64,000 nucleotides of DNA from Dokdonella sp. (lineage in GTDB: Bacteria > Pseudomonadota > Gammaproteobacteria > Xanthomonadales > Rhodanobacteraceae). The position numbers and the translations under genes are program-made. The stretch covers positions 29,194 to 93,193 of the forward strand of contig NZ_JAHCAP010000007.1 of the NCBI RefSeq assembly GCF_019634815.1. The letters are read 5' to 3'. The first letter of the stretch is position 1; each line of letters starts with the position of its first letter. The notes under the pieces are model-generated. The model was given only the letters and a program-made list of their open reading frames with translations. It was not told where the DNA came from and ran no database searches. This document shows, piece after piece, positions 41,552 through 55,627 of the stretch.

Positions 41552-44455
41552 GTGAGCGCAAATCCGACACCCCAGAACCTGTTCGAACGATTCCAGGCCA
41601 GCTCCGCGATCGGCGGCGGCAATGCGTCCTACATCGACGAACTCTACGAGGCCTGGCTGACCGACCCGAATGCGGTCGATCCCGGCTGGCGCAGCTATTT
41701 CACCCAATTGCAGGGTGCACGCAATGGGCGTGATGTCTCCCATCTGGCTGCAATCGCGCGCATCGAAGCCGCACAGCGCCAGCCGCGCGCAAGCCAGGCC
41801 GCCGTCGCGGCAGTGGCCGACCCGGGCAAGGCACACAAGCAGGCCGCCGTACTCAAGCTCGTCACCGCCTACCGCTCGCGTGGCCACCTGGCCGCTCATC
41901 TGGATCCGCTCGAACTCGAGCGTGCCTTCCCCGCTTCCGACCTCGAAGCGATCGGCCTGCTGCCACGCCCGAGCGCGCCCGATCTGCAGCCCGAGTTCCA
42001 TGGCCTGGGCGCTGCCGACATGGACAGCGAGTTCAATACCGGTTCACTCGGTGGCCCAGCCCGGCAGACCTTGCGCGGCCTGCTCGAGCGCCTGCGGGCA
42101 ACCTATGCCGGCAGCATCGGCGCCGAGTTCATGCACATCTCCGACGTCGAGCAGCGGCAGTGGGTGCACGAGCAACTCGAACGTGCCGGCGGCAATTACG
42201 GACTGAGCAAGGCCGACCAGCTGCGCGTGCTCGAGAAGCTCGTGCAGGCCGATGGCCTCGAGCGCTTCCTGCACACCAAGTACGTCGGCCAGAAGCGCTT
42301 TTCGCTCGAAGGCGGCGACAGCCTGATTCCGCTGCTCGACGAATTCGTGCGCCGTGGCGGCAGCGACGGCATGCGCGACATGGTGATCGGCATGGCCCAC
42401 CGCGGGCGCCTGAACGTGCTGGTCAACGTGCTCGGCAAGTCGCCGGAAAAACTCTTCGCCGAGTTCGACGGCAAGTTCGACCACCCCGACGACCCGGCCC
42501 ATTCGGGCGACGTCAAATACCACATGGGTTTCTCCGCCAACGTCAAGACGCCGGGTCGCACCGTGCATCTTGCGCTCGCCTTCAATCCCTCGCATCTGGA
42601 AATCGTCAACCCGGTCGTGTGCGGCTCGGTGCGCTCGCGACAGGTGCGACGCAAGGACGAACATCGCGCCCAGGTGGTGCCGATCCTCATCCATGGCGAC
42701 TCGGCCTTTGCCGGCCAGGGCGTCAACATGGAACTGCTCAACATGTCGCAGGCGCGCGGTTTCGCGGTCGGCGGCTCGATCCACGTGGTGGTCAACAACC
42801 AGGTTGGTTTCACCACCTCCAACCCGCATGACACGCGCTCGACGCTCTACAGCACCGATGTCGCCAAGATGGTCAATGCGCCGGTATTCCACGTCAACGG
42901 CGATGATCCCGAAGCGGTGCTGTTCGTGGCGCGGCTGGCATTCGATTACCGCCAGAAATTCAAGCGTGACGTCGTCATCGACATCGTCTGCTATCGCCGC
43001 CATGGCCACAACGAGGCCGATGAGCCGGCGGCAACGCAGCCGCTGATGTACCAGATCATTCGCAAGCGCCCGACCGCGCGCGAGATCTACGCACAGCGTC
43101 TGGTCGCCGCGGGCGTGATCGCCGATGGCGATGCACAGAAGCTGGTCGACGACTATCGCAAGCGCCTCGAGGCCGGCACGCCGATTCCGGAGCTCGATGC
43201 CGATTTCGAGGACGTCTACGCAGTCGACTGGAGCCAGCACATCGGCGCCCGCCTCGACCAGCAGGTCGATACCGGCGTGCCCAGGGATCAGCTCGCCGCA
43301 CTCAACCACGCAATCCTCGAGCTGCCACAAGGTCTGACCCTGCATCCTCGCGTGGCCAAGATCTATGAAAGCCGCGTGGAAATGGCCGCTGGCACGCATC
43401 CGCTCGATTGGGGCGCGGCCGAGAACCTCGCCTATGCCTCGCTGATTGCCGATGGACACGACCTGCGTCTGGTCGGACAGGACAGCGGGCGCGGCACCTT
43501 CTTCCATCGCCATGCCGTGCTGCACGATCAGGGCAGCGGCGGCGAGTATCTGCCGTTGGCGCGCGTGCGCGACGGCGCGAGCGTCACCATCGTCGACTCG
43601 CTGCTCAGCGAAGAAGCGGTGATGGCCTACGAATACGGCTACTCCACCGCCGATGCCAACACGCTGGTGCTCTGGGAGGCCCAGTTCGGTGACTTCGCCA
43701 ATGGCGCGCAGGTCGTCGTTGATCAGTTCATCTCCTCGGGCGAGGCCAAGTGGGATCGGCTGTCCGGCCTCGTGCTGCTGCTGCCGCACGGCTACGAAGG
43801 CCAGGGCCCCGAGCATTCATCGGCGCGCCTGGAGCGTTACCTGCAACTGTGCGCGCTCGACAACATGCAGGTGTGCGTGCCGACCACACCCGCGCAGATG
43901 TTCCATCTGCTGCGCCGGCAGATGCGACGCGACTGCCGCAAGCCGCTGATCGTGCTCACGCCCAAGTCACTGCTGCGCCACAAGCTCGCAGTGTCCTCGC
44001 TCGATGAACTGGCCAGCGGGCGCTTCCAGTGCATGATCGCCGACAGCACCGCCAAGGGTGGCAAGAAGGTGGCACGCGCCGTGCTGTGTTCGGGCAAGGT
44101 CTACTATGACCTCGTCGAAGAAGCCGCCAAGCGCGGCGTCGACAACGTCGCGATCATCCGCGTCGAACAGCTCTATCCGTTCCCGCGCGAGGAAGTCAGC
44201 GCGCAATTGCGCAAGTACCCCGCGCTCAAGGACGTGATCTGGTGCCAGGAAGAGCCGATGAATCAGGGTGCGTGGTACCAGATTCGTCACCATCTGCAGG
44301 CGGTCGCGCCCGCTTCGACCACACTTGGTTACGCTGGCCGCGGGCGCTCGCCCGCGCCGGCCTGTGGTCACCTGTCGACCCACGTGGCCGAACAGACAGC
44401 CCTGGTCGAGAAGGCGCTGGTTGGACCGGTCGGGACGGACAACGCCGCCGAATGA
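41552..44455 (+). CDS. sucA: 2-oxoglutarate dehydrogenase E1
   Basis: [61 protein letters not shown]; GTG start inferred; TATAAT at 41452-41457. Confidence 0.97.
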   Translation: MSANPTPQNLFERFQASSAIGGGNASYIDELYEAWLTDPNAVDPGWRSYFTQLQGARNGRDVSHLAAIARIEAAQRQPRASQAAVAAVADPGKAHKQAAVLKLVTAYRSRGHLAAHLDPLELERAFPASDLEAIGLLPRPSAPDLQPEFHGLGAADMDSEFNTGSLGGPARQTLRGLLERLRATYAGSIGAEFMHISDVEQRQWVHEQLERAGGNYGLSKADQLRVLEKLVQADGLERFLHTKYVGQKRFSLEGGDSLIPLLDEFVRRGGSDGMRDMVIGMAHRGRLNVLVNVLGKSPEKLFAEFDGKFDHPDDPAHSGDVKYHMGFSANVKTPGRTVHLALAFNPSHLEIVNPVVCGSVRSRQVRRKDEHRAQVVPILIHGDSAFAGQGVNMELLNMSQARGFAVGGSIHVVVNNQVGFTTSNPHDTRSTLYSTDVAKMVNAPVFHVNGDDPEAVLFVARLAFDYRQKFKRDVVIDIVCYRRHGHNEADEPAATQPLMYQIIRKRPTAREIYAQRLVAAGVIADGDAQKLVDDYRKRLEAGTPIPELDADFEDVYAVDWSQHIGARLDQQVDTGVPRDQLAALNHAILELPQGLTLHPRVAKIYESRVEMAAGTHPLDWGAAENLAYASLIADGHDLRLVGQDSGRGTFFHRHAVLHDQGSGGEYLPLARVRDGASVTIVDSLLSEEAVMAYEYGYSTADANTLVLWEAQFGDFANGAQVVVDQFISSGEAKWDRLSGLVLLLPHGYEGQGPEHSSARLERYLQLCALDNMQVCVPTTPAQMFHLLRRQMRRDCRKPLIVLTPKSLLRHKLAVSSLDELASGRFQCMIADSTAKGGKKVARAVLCSGKVYYDLVEEAAKRGVDNVAIIRVEQLYPFPREEVSAQLRKYPALKDVIWCQEEPMNQGAWYQIRHHLQAVAPASTTLGYAGRGRSPAPACGHLSTHVAEQTALVEKALVGPVGTDNAAE

Positions 44456-44600
44456 CGTGAGCGCGAGCGTTCCGCATCAGGGGACGCTCGCCAAGCCCGA
44501 AGCGGCGCGCAAGCGCCACTTCGACCTACAATTGCCGTTTTGCAGCCCAATGCCTCCCCTCGCCGGGGCGGCGCTCCAGAAGCCCAAGGACATCCAGGTC

Positions 44601-45809
44601 ATGTCGATTGAAGTCAAGGTTCCCGTTCTTCCCGAGTCGGTCTCCGATGCAACCATCGCCAGCTGGCACAAGCAGCCGGGCGAGGCGGTCAAGCGTGATG
44701 AGAACCTTGTAGATCTCGAAACCGACAAGGTGGTGCTCGAAGTTCCCGCACCGGCCGACGGCGTGCTCAAGGAGATCAAGTTCGCCACCGGCGCGACCGT
44801 GACCAGCCAGCAGGTGCTGGCGATCCTCGAGGAAGGTGCCGTCGCGGCCGCTCCCGCTGCCCCCAAGGCACCGGCTGGTGCAGCGAGCGCTGCGCCCACA
44901 GCCGCGCCTTCGCCGGCAACCGCTGCGAAGCCGGGGGATCTGTCACCGGCCGGTCAGCGCATCGTCGCCGAAAACAACATCGATCCGGCGCAGGTGGCCG
45001 CAACCGGCCGCGATGGCCGCGTGACCAAGGAAGACCTCGTCAACTTCATGCGCACCGGCTCACCCGCCGCGGCAGCGCCAGCCACAGCCGTCAAGCCGAC
45101 GCCGGGCGCGCGTCCCGAGGAGCGCGTCCCGATGACGCGCATGCGCGCCAAGATCGCCGAACGCCTGATGCAGTCGAAGAATTCGATCGCGATGCTGACC
45201 TCGTTCAACGAGATCAACCTCGCCAAGGTCGCGGCGATGCGCAAGGAACTGGGCGAACAGTTCGAAAAGGCCAATGGCATCAAGCTCGGCTACATGAGCT
45301 TCTTCGTCAAGGCGGCCTGCGAGGCGCTCAAGCGCCATCCGATCGTCAATGCCTCGGTCGACGGCAACGACGTGATCTATCACGGCTATCAGGACATCTC
45401 GGTCGCGGTGTCGACCGACAAGGGCCTGGTCACGCCGGTATTGCGCGACGCGCAAGACATGGGCTTCGCGCAAATCGAGAAGGCAATCGCCGATTTCGCC
45501 CAACGTGCGCGCAAGGGCGGCCTCACGCTCGATGACCTGCAGGGCGGCACCTTCACCATCACCAACGGCGGCACCTTCGGATCGCTGTTCTCCACGCCGA
45601 TCGTCAACCCGCCGCAGAGCGCGATCCTGGGCATGCACACGATCAAGGAACGCGCCGTGGTCGAGAATGGCCAGGTCGTCGCCGCGCCGATGATGTACGT
45701 GGCGATCAGCTATGACCACCGCATCATCGACGGCAAGGACGCGGTGCTGTTCCTGGTCGACATCAAGAACCAGCTCGAGAATCCGACCCGGATGCTGCTG
45801 GGAATGTGA
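44601..45809 (+). CDS. sucB: Dihydrolipoamide succinyltransferase E2
   Basis: Lipoyl motif LETDKVV, E3-binding [29 protein letters not shown]. Confidence 0.97.
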   Translation: MSIEVKVPVLPESVSDATIASWHKQPGEAVKRDENLVDLETDKVVLEVPAPADGVLKEIKFATGATVTSQQVLAILEEGAVAAAPAAPKAPAGAASAAPTAAPSPATAAKPGDLSPAGQRIVAENNIDPAQVAATGRDGRVTKEDLVNFMRTGSPAAAAPATAVKPTPGARPEERVPMTRMRAKIAERLMQSKNSIAMLTSFNEINLAKVAAMRKELGEQFEKANGIKLGYMSFFVKAACEALKRHPIVNASVDGNDVIYHGYQDISVAVSTDKGLVTPVLRDAQDMGFAQIEKAIADFAQRARKGGLTLDDLQGGTFTITNGGTFGSLFSTPIVNPPQSAILGMHTIKERAVVENGQVVAAPMMYVAISYDHRIIDGKDAVLFLVDIKNQLENPTRMLLGM

Positions 45810-47375
<1,566 letters not shown>

Positions 47376-47427
47376 ACATCCGAAGATCGGGCGCCAGCGT
47401 GACGCGCAGGACAGCGAGCACACTACG

Positions 47428-48426
47428 ATGAATGGCAGCAGCACGTTTTCCGCCTACCGCATCCACAATGACGCCGCCGGATATCGCGCCGGCATCGAGG
47501 AGATGCGTGCCGATGACCTCACCCCCGGCGAGGTGCTGGTCAAGGTCGCGTTCTCCTCGGTCAACTACAAGGATGCGCTGGCCGGCACCGGCAAGGGCAA
47601 GATCCTGCGCCGGTTTCCGCTCAATGGCGGCATCGACCTCGCCGGTTACGTGGCGGCATCGAGTGACCCGGCGTTCAAGGAAGGCGACGAGGTGCTGTGC
47701 ACCGGCTGCGGCCTGTCGGAAACGCGCGACGGCGGCTACGCGCAGTACGCGCGACTCGAATCGCAATGGGCGATCCCGCTGCCACCGGGCCTCACGCTGC
47801 GCGAGTCGATGCAGATCGGCACCGCGGGCTTCACCGCAGCGCTCGCCCTCACGCAGATGATCCGCAACGGGCAAACGCCGGCGATGGGCCCGATCGTCGT
47901 CACGGGCGCGACCGGCGGTGTCGGCTCGTTGGCGATCGACATTCTCAGTCGCGCCGGCTTCGAGGCGCACGCGATCACCGGCAAGGTCGATCTGTTCGAC
48001 TATCTGATCGGGCTGGGCGCCAAGCAGTGCATCGCCCGTGAGGGTCTGCACTGGGGCCAGCGCCCGCTCGAAACCGCGCGCTGGGCCGGCGCGATCGACA
48101 ACGTCGGCGGCGATACCCTTGCCGGCCTCAGCCGCGTGATCAAGCCCTACGGCAACATCGCCACCTGCGGCAATGCGGCAAGCATCGAACTGGCAACCAC
48201 GGTGATGCCGTTCATCATTCGTGGCTTGTCCCTGCTCGGCGTCGCATCCGCCGGCACGGCGCGCGTGCTGCGCGATGAAATCTGGCAGCAGCTCGCCGGG
48301 CCGTGGAAGCCTGCGCATTTGCAAACCATTGCAAATCGCGAAATCGGCCTTGCGGAACTGGCCGAAACCTTTGCCGCTCAGCTTGCCGGCGGAGCCCACG
48401 GCCGCGCGCTGGTCCGGATCGATTGA
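47428..48426 (+). CDS. YhdH/AcuI-family MDR oxidoreductase (acryloyl-CoA reductase-like)
   Basis: SSVNYKDALA, GIDLAG, IGTAGFTA, VTGATGGVGS, DNVGG, FIIRGLSLLG; substrate is inferred. Confidence 0.85.
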   Translation: MNGSSTFSAYRIHNDAAGYRAGIEEMRADDLTPGEVLVKVAFSSVNYKDALAGTGKGKILRRFPLNGGIDLAGYVAASSDPAFKEGDEVLCTGCGLSETRDGGYAQYARLESQWAIPLPPGLTLRESMQIGTAGFTAALALTQMIRNGQTPAMGPIVVTGATGGVGSLAIDILSRAGFEAHAITGKVDLFDYLIGLGAKQCIAREGLHWGQRPLETARWAGAIDNVGGDTLAGLSRVIKPYGNIATCGNAASIELATTVMPFIIRGLSLLGVASAGTARVLRDEIWQQLAGPWKPAHLQTIANREIGLAELAETFAAQLAGGAHGRALVRID

Positions 48427-48489
48427 GCGCACTTGGCGCGAACGCGAAACCGGGCCTAGAATGACCCGTCCACAGGGGGTATACCGAAC

Positions 48490-48858
48490 ATGTCCAAAGT
48501 CTTGATCATCGACGATTCGCCTTCGCAGCTCGTCAGCATGAAGCGCGCGGTAGAAAAGCTCGGCCACGAAGTCGTCACCGCCGAAGATGGCGCGGCTGGC
48601 GTCGAAGCCGCCAAGCGCGAATTGCCCGACCTCATCCTCATGGACGTGGTCATGCCCAACCTCAACGGATTTCAAGCCACCCGCACGATTTCAAAGGATG
48701 CGAGCACGAGCCACATTCCGATCGTGCTGGTGACCACCAAGGATCAGGACACCGATCGCGTGTGGGGCATGCGCCAGGGCGCCAAGGCCTACGTGACCAA
48801 GCCGATCGACGACGCCGAACTCATGCGCGTCATCAAGGAATATCTGCCCGGCGCCTGA
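48490..48858 (+). CDS. pilH: Single-domain response regulator, PilH-like
   Basis: LIIDDSPS, DLILMDVVMPNLNGFQATR, TTKDQDTDRVWGMRQGAKAYVTKP; candidate TTGGCG-N18-TAGAAT promoter at 48433-48462. Confidence 0.85.
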   Translation: MSKVLIIDDSPSQLVSMKRAVEKLGHEVVTAEDGAAGVEAAKRELPDLILMDVVMPNLNGFQATRTISKDASTSHIPIVLVTTKDQDTDRVWGMRQGAKAYVTKPIDDAELMRVIKEYLPGA

Positions 48859-48930
48859 GGTTTCGCTGCCGGGCCAGCGTCCGGCGCACGCGCTCGCAAG
48901 CTCCGCGTGGGTGCAATCGCCCCACGCCAC

Positions 48931-49821
48931 TCAGGCCTTGCGCGGATCAAACCCCGGAAACGCCTGCGCCAGCTCTGCCCAGGCCTCGCGCTGCTTTTCG
49001 TTGTGCGCAGGCGGGACGTGCACCACCAGCGTGACGATTTGATCTCCCGCGGTCTTGCCCGGCCAGCCACGGCCGCGCAGTCGCATCTTGCGTCCGCTGT
49101 CCGACCCCGCAGGAATGCGCAGCTCGACGCTGCCGCCAAGGGTTGGCACGGTCACCGTTGCACCCAGCGCAGCCTCCCACGGCGTGACCGCAAGCGTGCT
49201 CAACACGTCGCGCCCATCCAGTTCAAAGCGCGCATCATCGCGCAGGGCGATTTCGAGGATGAGATCACCCGCGGGGCCACCCTGGCTGCCCGGATGCCCC
49301 TGTCCGGCCAGACGGATCTGCTGCCCCGGCAGGATACCCGCGGGAATCCTGACCTCGAGGGTGCGCGCACGCTGGCCATCTCCGAGACTGATGCGCTCAA
49401 GGCCACCGCGCCATGCACTCTCGATACTGATCGCGACCTGTGCCTGCAGGTCGCGGCCACGACGCGGCCCGGCCTGACGTGCCCCACCCGCCGCACGCCC
49501 GAACAGCGATTCGAAGAAGTCGCTGAAGTCGGCTTCGTCGGCAGCCCCACCCTGCGGGTGATGCCAGTTTGGCGGCGGTCCGCGGAACTGGTCGCCGGCA
49601 CGGTAGCCCCCCGCGCGCAGTTGATCGTAGGCCTTGCGCCGGTCTGGCTCCTTGAGCGCTTCGTAGGCCTCGTTGACTGCCTTGAACTTGTCTTCGGCCC
49701 CGCTTTCCTTGCTCACATCGGGGTGGTATTTGCGCGCGAGCCGGCGATACGCCGACTTGATGTCGGCATCGCTGGCGTCGCTCTTCACACCAAGGGTGTC
49801 GTAGTAGTCCTTGAACTCCAT
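48931..49821 (-). CDS. cbpA: Class II DnaJ protein (CbpA-like)
   Basis: MEFKDYY, YHPD, FSDFFESLFG, no zinc finger, PWEAALG, LRLRGRG-like C-terminus. Confidence 0.85.
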   Translation of the reverse strand: MEFKDYYDTLGVKSDASDADIKSAYRRLARKYHPDVSKESGAEDKFKAVNEAYEALKEPDRRKAYDQLRAGGYRAGDQFRGPPPNWHHPQGGAADEADFSDFFESLFGRAAGGARQAGPRRGRDLQAQVAISIESAWRGGLERISLGDGQRARTLEVRIPAGILPGQQIRLAGQGHPGSQGGPAGDLILEIALRDDARFELDGRDVLSTLAVTPWEAALGATVTVPTLGGSVELRIPAGSDSGRKMRLRGRGWPGKTAGDQIVTLVVHVPPAHNEKQREAWAELAQAFPGFDPRKA

Positions 49822-49966
49822 ACTCTGCTCCAGGCAGAAACGAAAACGCCCGCGCACCAGCCAACTGGTCCGCGGGCCGACTCCGCTCGCTCAGCGCAGC
49901 GGGGCGGACGGCAGGGTAACAAACCCTTGTCGTGCGCCATGCGTGCCGAACGAATGCGCGTGCGCC

Positions 49967-50413
49967 TCAGGCGTTGATCGTGATGCGCCGCGGCGTGGTC
50001 TCGGGCTTCTTCGGAATCGAGATCTCGAGCACGCCATGGCGACCCGCTGCCGTGATGCCATCGGCATCGGCGCTGTCGGGCAACGCGAAACGGCGATAGA
50101 ACGTGCCGTGCGTGCGCTCGACGCGCGTGAACTGGCCGTTGGCTTCCTTGCTCTCGGATGCGCGCTCGCCCTTGAGCGAGAGGATGCCCTTGTCCATGTG
50201 AATCTCGATCGCCTTGGGGTCGACACCCGGCACATCGGCAAAGATCACGAAGCGCTTGTCCTCTTCCTTGATGTCCACGCGCGGCGCCCACTGGCTGGTC
50301 ACCACGTTGGATTGGTCGGCATCGCCTGAATTGAAGAAACGGTCGAAAACGCCCTTGAGTTCGTCCTGCAAATTGGCTTGCGTAGCGAACGGCGAATAAC
50401 GGGTAATGGTCAT
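49967..50413 (-). CDS. Small heat-shock protein (Hsp20/alpha-crystallin)
   Basis: WAPRVDIKE, ADVPGVD, GILSLKGER, ERTHGTFYRRFALP, GVLEISIPK. Start 50413 or 50425. Confidence 0.93.
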   Translation of the reverse strand: MTITRYSPFATQANLQDELKGVFDRFFNSGDADQSNVVTSQWAPRVDIKEEDKRFVIFADVPGVDPKAIEIHMDKGILSLKGERASESKEANGQFTRVERTHGTFYRRFALPDSADADGITAAGRHGVLEISIPKKPETTPRRITINA

Positions 50414-50461
50414 GGTCTTGTCCATCGGGTCGGAGCGGCGCGGTGTGCCGCGATGAACACC

Positions 50462-50489
50462 AGATGGGGGCCGGCGCGGTGCATTCAAG
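50462..50489 (-). promoter_or_regulatory. Sigma-32 (RpoH) promoter of hsp20
   Basis: Minus strand reads CTTGAA-N14-CCCCATCT. Confidence 0.85.
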
Positions 50490-50554
50490 AGTTCCGCTGC
50501 GCAGCGGCACCACGGCTTATGATGAGACTCCTTCTGTTCGCACGGAGCCAGCCC

Positions 50555-51034
50555 ATGACAATCCAGATCGGTACGCGCATTCCCGACACAAGCCTCAGCG
50601 TGCTCACCGATGGCGTGCAGTCGATCACGTCCCGCGACCTGTTCGCGGGACGCAAGCTGGTGTTGTTCTGCGTGCCCGGCGCGTTCACGCCGACCTGTTC
50701 GGAGCGTCACCTGCCGGGCTACATCGAGGCGTACGATGCCTTTCGCCAGCGCGGCATCGACGTCGCCTGCATCGCGGTCAATGACGCCTACGTGATGGCG
50801 GCCTGGGCGAAGGCCCAAGGCGTTCCCGCGGGCTTGCAGATGCTGGCCGACGGCAATGCACAGTTCGTGCGTGCGCTTGGCCTGGAGATGGACGCAAGCA
50901 AGTACGGCATGGGTGTCCGCGGCAAACGCTTTGCCTTGTACGCCGAGGACGGCGTGGTCAAACACCTCGCAGTCGAAGCCCCGGGCGAACTGCGCGTGAG
51001 CAGCGCCGCGGCGATGCTCGCCGCGATCGACTGA
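50555..51034 (+). CDS. Peroxiredoxin, Prx5 subfamily
   Basis: PGAFTPTCS, VNDAYVMAAW, MLADGN, RGKRFA; GGAG RBS. Confidence 0.93.
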   Translation: MTIQIGTRIPDTSLSVLTDGVQSITSRDLFAGRKLVLFCVPGAFTPTCSERHLPGYIEAYDAFRQRGIDVACIAVNDAYVMAAWAKAQGVPAGLQMLADGNAQFVRALGLEMDASKYGMGVRGKRFALYAEDGVVKHLAVEAPGELRVSSAAAMLAAID

Positions 51035-51125
51035 AGCCATCGGCGCGCGGGGCGATCGTCGGCACGGGACGTTCGGGACGGGAATGCGAAATGCAATGGT
51101 CCGCATCGAGCCGACAGGCCTGCGC

Positions 51126-53801
51126 CTACTCCACGGGCATCGAGCCCTCGGCCATCGCGTCGCCCTCGCCGCTGTCTTCATCATCGCCGTTGCCGTTGAG
51201 GCCTTCGACCTTGACGATGCCGGCAAGTGACTCGTCTCCGGGCAGGCTGATGAGCTTGACACCCTGGGTATTGCGGCCGACGCGCGCGATCTCGCTCGCC
51301 CGCGTGCGCACCAAGGTGCCCTGATTTGAAATCAGCATGACCTCGTGGGCGTCGTCGATGAGCACCGCGCCCACCAGCGCACCGTTGCGCTCGGAGCACT
51401 GGATGCCGATCACGCCGCGAATGCCGCGACCCTTGCGTGGATACTTCGACAATGGCGTGCGCTTGCCGTAGCCGCGCCCGGTCGCACTGAGCACGCAGAC
51501 CTCGTTCGAAATGGACTCGGTATCGGGCGTTTCGTTCTCGGGCACGTCGCTGGCGTCGTCCTCGCCCTCTTCCTGCTGGTCGGCATGCTCGACCACCAGC
51601 AAGGACACGACCTGCGCCTCGTCGGCGAGGCGGATGCCGCGCACGCCGCTCGCGGTACGGCCCATCGCCCGCACCTCGTCTTCGGCGAAGCGCACCGCGC
51701 GACCGTTGGAGGCAAACAGCATGATGTCGCGCGTGCCGTCGGTGATCTCGACATCGACCAGCGCGTCGCCCTCGTCGAGATTGATCGCGATCTTGCCGCG
51801 CTGCAGCTGGAAGGCGAACTCGGTGAGCGGGGTTTTCTTCACCGTGCCGTTGCGCGTGGCGAAGAACACGAAGTGGCCTTCGTCATACTCGCGCACGGGT
51901 TGGATCGCCTGCACCTTCTCGCCCTCGACCAGCGGCAGCAGGTTGACGATCGGCTTGCCACGCGTGTTGGGGCCGGCATCGGGCAGGCGATGCACCTTGA
52001 GCCAGTAGACGCGACCCGCGCTGGTGAACACCAGCAGGGTGTCGTGGGTATTGGCAATCCACAATCGCTCGATGAAATCCTCTTCCTTCATGTTGGTCGC
52101 CGAGCGACCTTTGCCACCGCGGCGCTGCGCGCGATACAGGCTGACCGGCTGGCGCTTGGCGTAACCGGCATGCGAAAGCGTGACCACCACGTCCTCGGGC
52201 TCGATGAGGTCGAGGATGTCGAGGTCTTCCTGGCTGGCCTGGATCAGGGTGCGGCGCGTGTCGCCGTACTGCTCCTTGAGCGCAACCAGCTCCTCGCGGA
52301 TGAGCCGCAGCAGCACATCGGGGTTTTCGAGGATCTCGATCAGGCCGGCGATGGTGGTGAGCAAGTCGCGGTATTCGTCGCTGAGCTTTTCCTGCTCGAG
52401 GCCGGTGAGGCGCGCCAGGCGCATCTCGAGGATTTCCCTGGCCTGGATTTCCGACAGCTGGTAGCCATCGGACTTGAGCCCGGCAAGCGGGTCGAGATCC
52501 TCGGGCCGCGAGGCTTCGGCGCCGGCGGCGGCGAGCAGTGCACCGACCATGCCCGGCTCCCAACGCCGCGCCAGCATGCGCTCGCGTGCGACGTCGGGCG
52601 AAGGCGAAGTCTTGATCAGCTCGACCATCGCATCGATGTTGGCCAGCGCGACCGTCAAGCCCTCGACGATGTGTGCGCGCGCGCGCGCCTTGCGCAGATC
52701 GAAAATCGTGCGCCGCGTGACCACTTCACGACGATGGCGGATGAAGGCATCAAGGATCTCGCGCAGGCTCAGCGTGCGCGGCTGGCCATCGACCAGCGCC
52801 ACCATGTTGATGCCGAATGTGACCTGCAGCTGGGTCTGCTGGAACAGATTGTTGAGCAGGACATCGGCCATCGCGTCCTTGCGCACGTCGATGACCACGC
52901 GCAATCCGTCCTTGTCGGACTCGTCGCGCAGCTCGCTGATGCCCTCGATCTTCTTTTCCTTGACCAGTTCGGCGATCTTCTCGATCAGGCGCGCCTTGTT
53001 GACCTGGTAGGGAATCTCGGTGACGACGATCGACTCGCGACCGTTGTCATGCGTGACGATCTCGGCTTTGGCGCGCACGAGGATGCGACCACGACCCGTC
53101 TTGTAGGCCTCGACGATGCCGGCGGCACCGTTGATGATGCCCGCGGTCGGGAAGTCCGGCCCCGGGACCAATTGCATGAGCTCGTCGAAACCCAGCTCCG
53201 GGTCATCGATCAGGGCGATGCAGGCCGCTAGCACTTCGGAAAGATTGTGCGGCGGCACATTGGTCGCCATGCCCACCGCGATTCCGGCCGACCCATTGAC
53301 GAGCAGGTTGGGCACGCGCGTCGGCAACACCGACGGCTCCAGTTCCTTCTCGTCGTAGTTGGGGACGAAATCGACGGTTTCCTTGTCGAGATCGCTGAGC
53401 AGCTCCGAGGACAGGCGGTCGAGGCGGCATTCGGTGTAACGCATCGCCGCGGCGTTGTCGCCATCGACCGAACCGAAGTTGCCCTGGCCATCGATCAAGG
53501 GGTAACGCAGTGAAAAATCCTGCGCCATGCGCACCAGCGCGTCGTACACCGCGCTGTCGCCATGCGGGTGGTATTTGCCGATCACGTCGCCGACCACGCG
53601 CGCGCACTTGACGTACGGGCGGTTCCAGACGTTGTTGAGTTCCTGCATCGCGTAGAGAACGCGGCGATGCACCGGCTTGAGGCCGTCACGCACGTCAGGC
53701 AAGGCGCGCCCGACGATCACGCTCATCGCATAATCGAGGTAGCTCTTCCTGACCTCGTCCTCGATATTGACGCGAATGATCTCTCTGGCCGTCTCAGCCA
53801 T
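51126..53801 (-). CDS. gyrA: DNA gyrase subunit A
   Basis: [35 protein letters not shown], GyrA-box QRRGGKG, beta-pinwheel repeats, acidic tail. Confidence 0.98.
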   Translation of the reverse strand: MAETAREIIRVNIEDEVRKSYLDYAMSVIVGRALPDVRDGLKPVHRRVLYAMQELNNVWNRPYVKCARVVGDVIGKYHPHGDSAVYDALVRMAQDFSLRYPLIDGQGNFGSVDGDNAAAMRYTECRLDRLSSELLSDLDKETVDFVPNYDEKELEPSVLPTRVPNLLVNGSAGIAVGMATNVPPHNLSEVLAACIALIDDPELGFDELMQLVPGPDFPTAGIINGAAGIVEAYKTGRGRILVRAKAEIVTHDNGRESIVVTEIPYQVNKARLIEKIAELVKEKKIEGISELRDESDKDGLRVVIDVRKDAMADVLLNNLFQQTQLQVTFGINMVALVDGQPRTLSLREILDAFIRHRREVVTRRTIFDLRKARARAHIVEGLTVALANIDAMVELIKTSPSPDVARERMLARRWEPGMVGALLAAAGAEASRPEDLDPLAGLKSDGYQLSEIQAREILEMRLARLTGLEQEKLSDEYRDLLTTIAGLIEILENPDVLLRLIREELVALKEQYGDTRRTLIQASQEDLDILDLIEPEDVVVTLSHAGYAKRQPVSLYRAQRRGGKGRSATNMKEEDFIERLWIANTHDTLLVFTSAGRVYWLKVHRLPDAGPNTRGKPIVNLLPLVEGEKVQAIQPVREYDEGHFVFFATRNGTVKKTPLTEFAFQLQRGKIAINLDEGDALVDVEITDGTRDIMLFASNGRAVRFAEDEVRAMGRTASGVRGIRLADEAQVVSLLVVEHADQQEEGEDDASDVPENETPDTESISNEVCVLSATGRGYGKRTPLSKYPRKGRGIRGVIGIQCSERNGALVGAVLIDDAHEVMLISNQGTLVRTRASEIARVGRNTQGVKLISLPGDESLAGIVKVEGLNGNGDDEDSGEGDAMAEGSMPVE

Positions 53802-53938
53802 CGGCAACCTCGAAGTCCATGATGATGCGTACCGGGGCGGCAACCAGACCGATGCTGCGCAGCGCCCGCAACCCACCCGGAAGCGGTTCTCCACGCTGCG
53901 CGTGGCCGGGTGCCGGCACGCTCAGAATCAAAGGCGGA

Positions 53939-53947
53939 ATTCTAGCA
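53939..53947 (-). promoter_or_regulatory. Candidate extended -10 element for gyrA
   Basis: Minus strand TGcTAGAAT about 140 nt upstream of the ATG; no clear -35. Confidence 0.4.
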
Positions 53948-54084
53948 CATACGGCCCTTGATCAGGCAGTTTCCGCAGCGATCCAAGGTGCTGCAAGACA
54001 CGGCAAATCAAGGCCTTGCGCGGCCACGCCAAGCGCACGCCTGTGAACACGGATCGCGGGTCCCCAAAGCGCACCCGGAGCAGC

Positions 54085-54525
54085 TCAGATCCGCTCGCCG
54101 GACTCGATTTGCTGCGCATCGGGCGAGGTGCGCGGCGCGCGGAAGATCCAGTATTTCGAGCTCAGGAAATTGACGATCGCGCCGGCGATGGAACCGACGG
54201 CGACGCCGATCGCCGGCCATTGCCGCACCAGCGGCCAGCTCGCCACACAGATCGCGTAGGCACCGTAATTGAGCGCGAACCCGGCCGCCATTGCCAACAG
54301 ATAGCGCAGCAACTGGCGCCGCTTGCTGCCACCACCGTGACCGGCGAAGGTGTAGCGGCGGTTGAATGCCCAGGTGGTGGTCGCGGCGGCAAGAAAGGAA
54401 AACAGCCGCGCCAGATATGGATTGACCGCCCATTCACGCACGAGGAACTGCACGATACCGGCATCGACGACGAAGCCGAGCACGCCGCTCAGTGCAAACA
54501 GGACGACCTGGCGACGCAGGCTCAT
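54085..54525 (-). CDS. GtrA family membrane protein
   Basis: LFALSGVLGFVVD, WAFNRRYTF, QLLRY, NFLSSKYWIF; four hydrophobic segments. Confidence 0.85.
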   Translation of the reverse strand: MSLRRQVVLFALSGVLGFVVDAGIVQFLVREWAVNPYLARLFSFLAAATTTWAFNRRYTFAGHGGGSKRRQLLRYLLAMAAGFALNYGAYAICVASWPLVRQWPAIGVAVGSIAGAIVNFLSSKYWIFRAPRTSPDAQQIESGERI

Positions 54526-54534
54526 CGTCGGGCT

Positions 54535-55560
54535 TCAATACCGGCCCAACAGCGCTGCCATGCGCGCCGCATCGGGGCATTCGACCACACCGCGCTCGGT
54601 CACGATCGCGTCGATCAGCGTCGCGGGCGTCACATCGAACACCGGATTCCACGCCTTGGCGCCGGCGACCACGGTGCGCGTGCCGGCATAACCGAGCAAT
54701 TCGTCACCTGCGCGCAGCTCGATCTCGATGTCTTCACCCCCCGCGGTGGCGAAATCGACCGTCGAGGTCGGCGCCACCACCATGAAGCGCACACCGTGGT
54801 GACGCGCACTGATTGCGAGCTGGCAGGTGCCGATCTTGTTGGCGGTGTCGCCATTGGCGGCAATGCGATCGGCGCCGACGATCACCCACTGCACCTGACC
54901 GCTCTTCATCAGGTGTGCGGCGGCCGAGTCGGCAATCAGGGTCGCATCGATGCCGTCGCGCAGCAGTTCCCACATGGTCAGGCGCGCGCCCTGCAGCCAC
55001 GGCCGGGTTTCCCCCGCGAATACACGCGCAATGCGGCCCGCAGCGACGCCGGCACGGATCACGCCCAAGGCGGTGCCGAAGCCCGCGGTTGCGAGCGAGC
55101 CGGTATTGCAGTGGGTGAGTACGCCGCTGCCCGGTGCAATCAGCGCGGCCCCGCGTTCACCCATCCGGCGATTGGCGGCAAGATCTTCGTCTTGAATCGC
55201 CTGCGCCTCGCGCGTGAGTGCAGTCAGATCGCCCCCCGCCCCCAGCACGACCTGCATGCGATCGAGCGCCCACATGAGGTTTACCGCGGTGGGCCGCGCC
55301 GCGCGCAACCGCGCACACGCCGCCAACACTTCAGCACGTCCCGCTTGCGCCGCAAGCACCACGCCCCACGCCGCGGCAATGCCGATTGCGGGCGCGCCGC
55401 GCACGGCCAGATCACGAATCGCCGCGGCGACCTCGTCGGCGCTGCGGCAATCCAGATACTGCTCCTGCATCGGCAACAGCCGTTGGTCGAGCAAGCGCAA
55501 GTGGTCGCCCTGCCAGAGCACGGCGCGGATCGAATCGTGGGCGGTATCGGCAGCAGTCAT
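54535..55560 (-). CDS. mtnA: Methylthioribose-1-phosphate isomerase
   Basis: [70 protein letters not shown]. Confidence 0.96.
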   Translation of the reverse strand: MTAADTAHDSIRAVLWQGDHLRLLDQRLLPMQEQYLDCRSADEVAAAIRDLAVRGAPAIGIAAAWGVVLAAQAGRAEVLAACARLRAARPTAVNLMWALDRMQVVLGAGGDLTALTREAQAIQDEDLAANRRMGERGAALIAPGSGVLTHCNTGSLATAGFGTALGVIRAGVAAGRIARVFAGETRPWLQGARLTMWELLRDGIDATLIADSAAAHLMKSGQVQWVIVGADRIAANGDTANKIGTCQLAISARHHGVRFMVVAPTSTVDFATAGGEDIEIELRAGDELLGYAGTRTVVAGAKAWNPVFDVTPATLIDAIVTERGVVECPDAARMAALLGRY

Positions 55561-55627
55561 CGGCAATCGAACGAAAAGTCGGATGGGTGATTATGCCGGG
55601 CTTTGCCTGCCGCGAGTCCGCATGGCA

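Noticed and set aside
44463-44495. Hairpin between sucA and sucB as a terminator
   Set aside because: GC stem without a U-tract inside a normally co-transcribed operon; at most an mRNA-stabilising loop.
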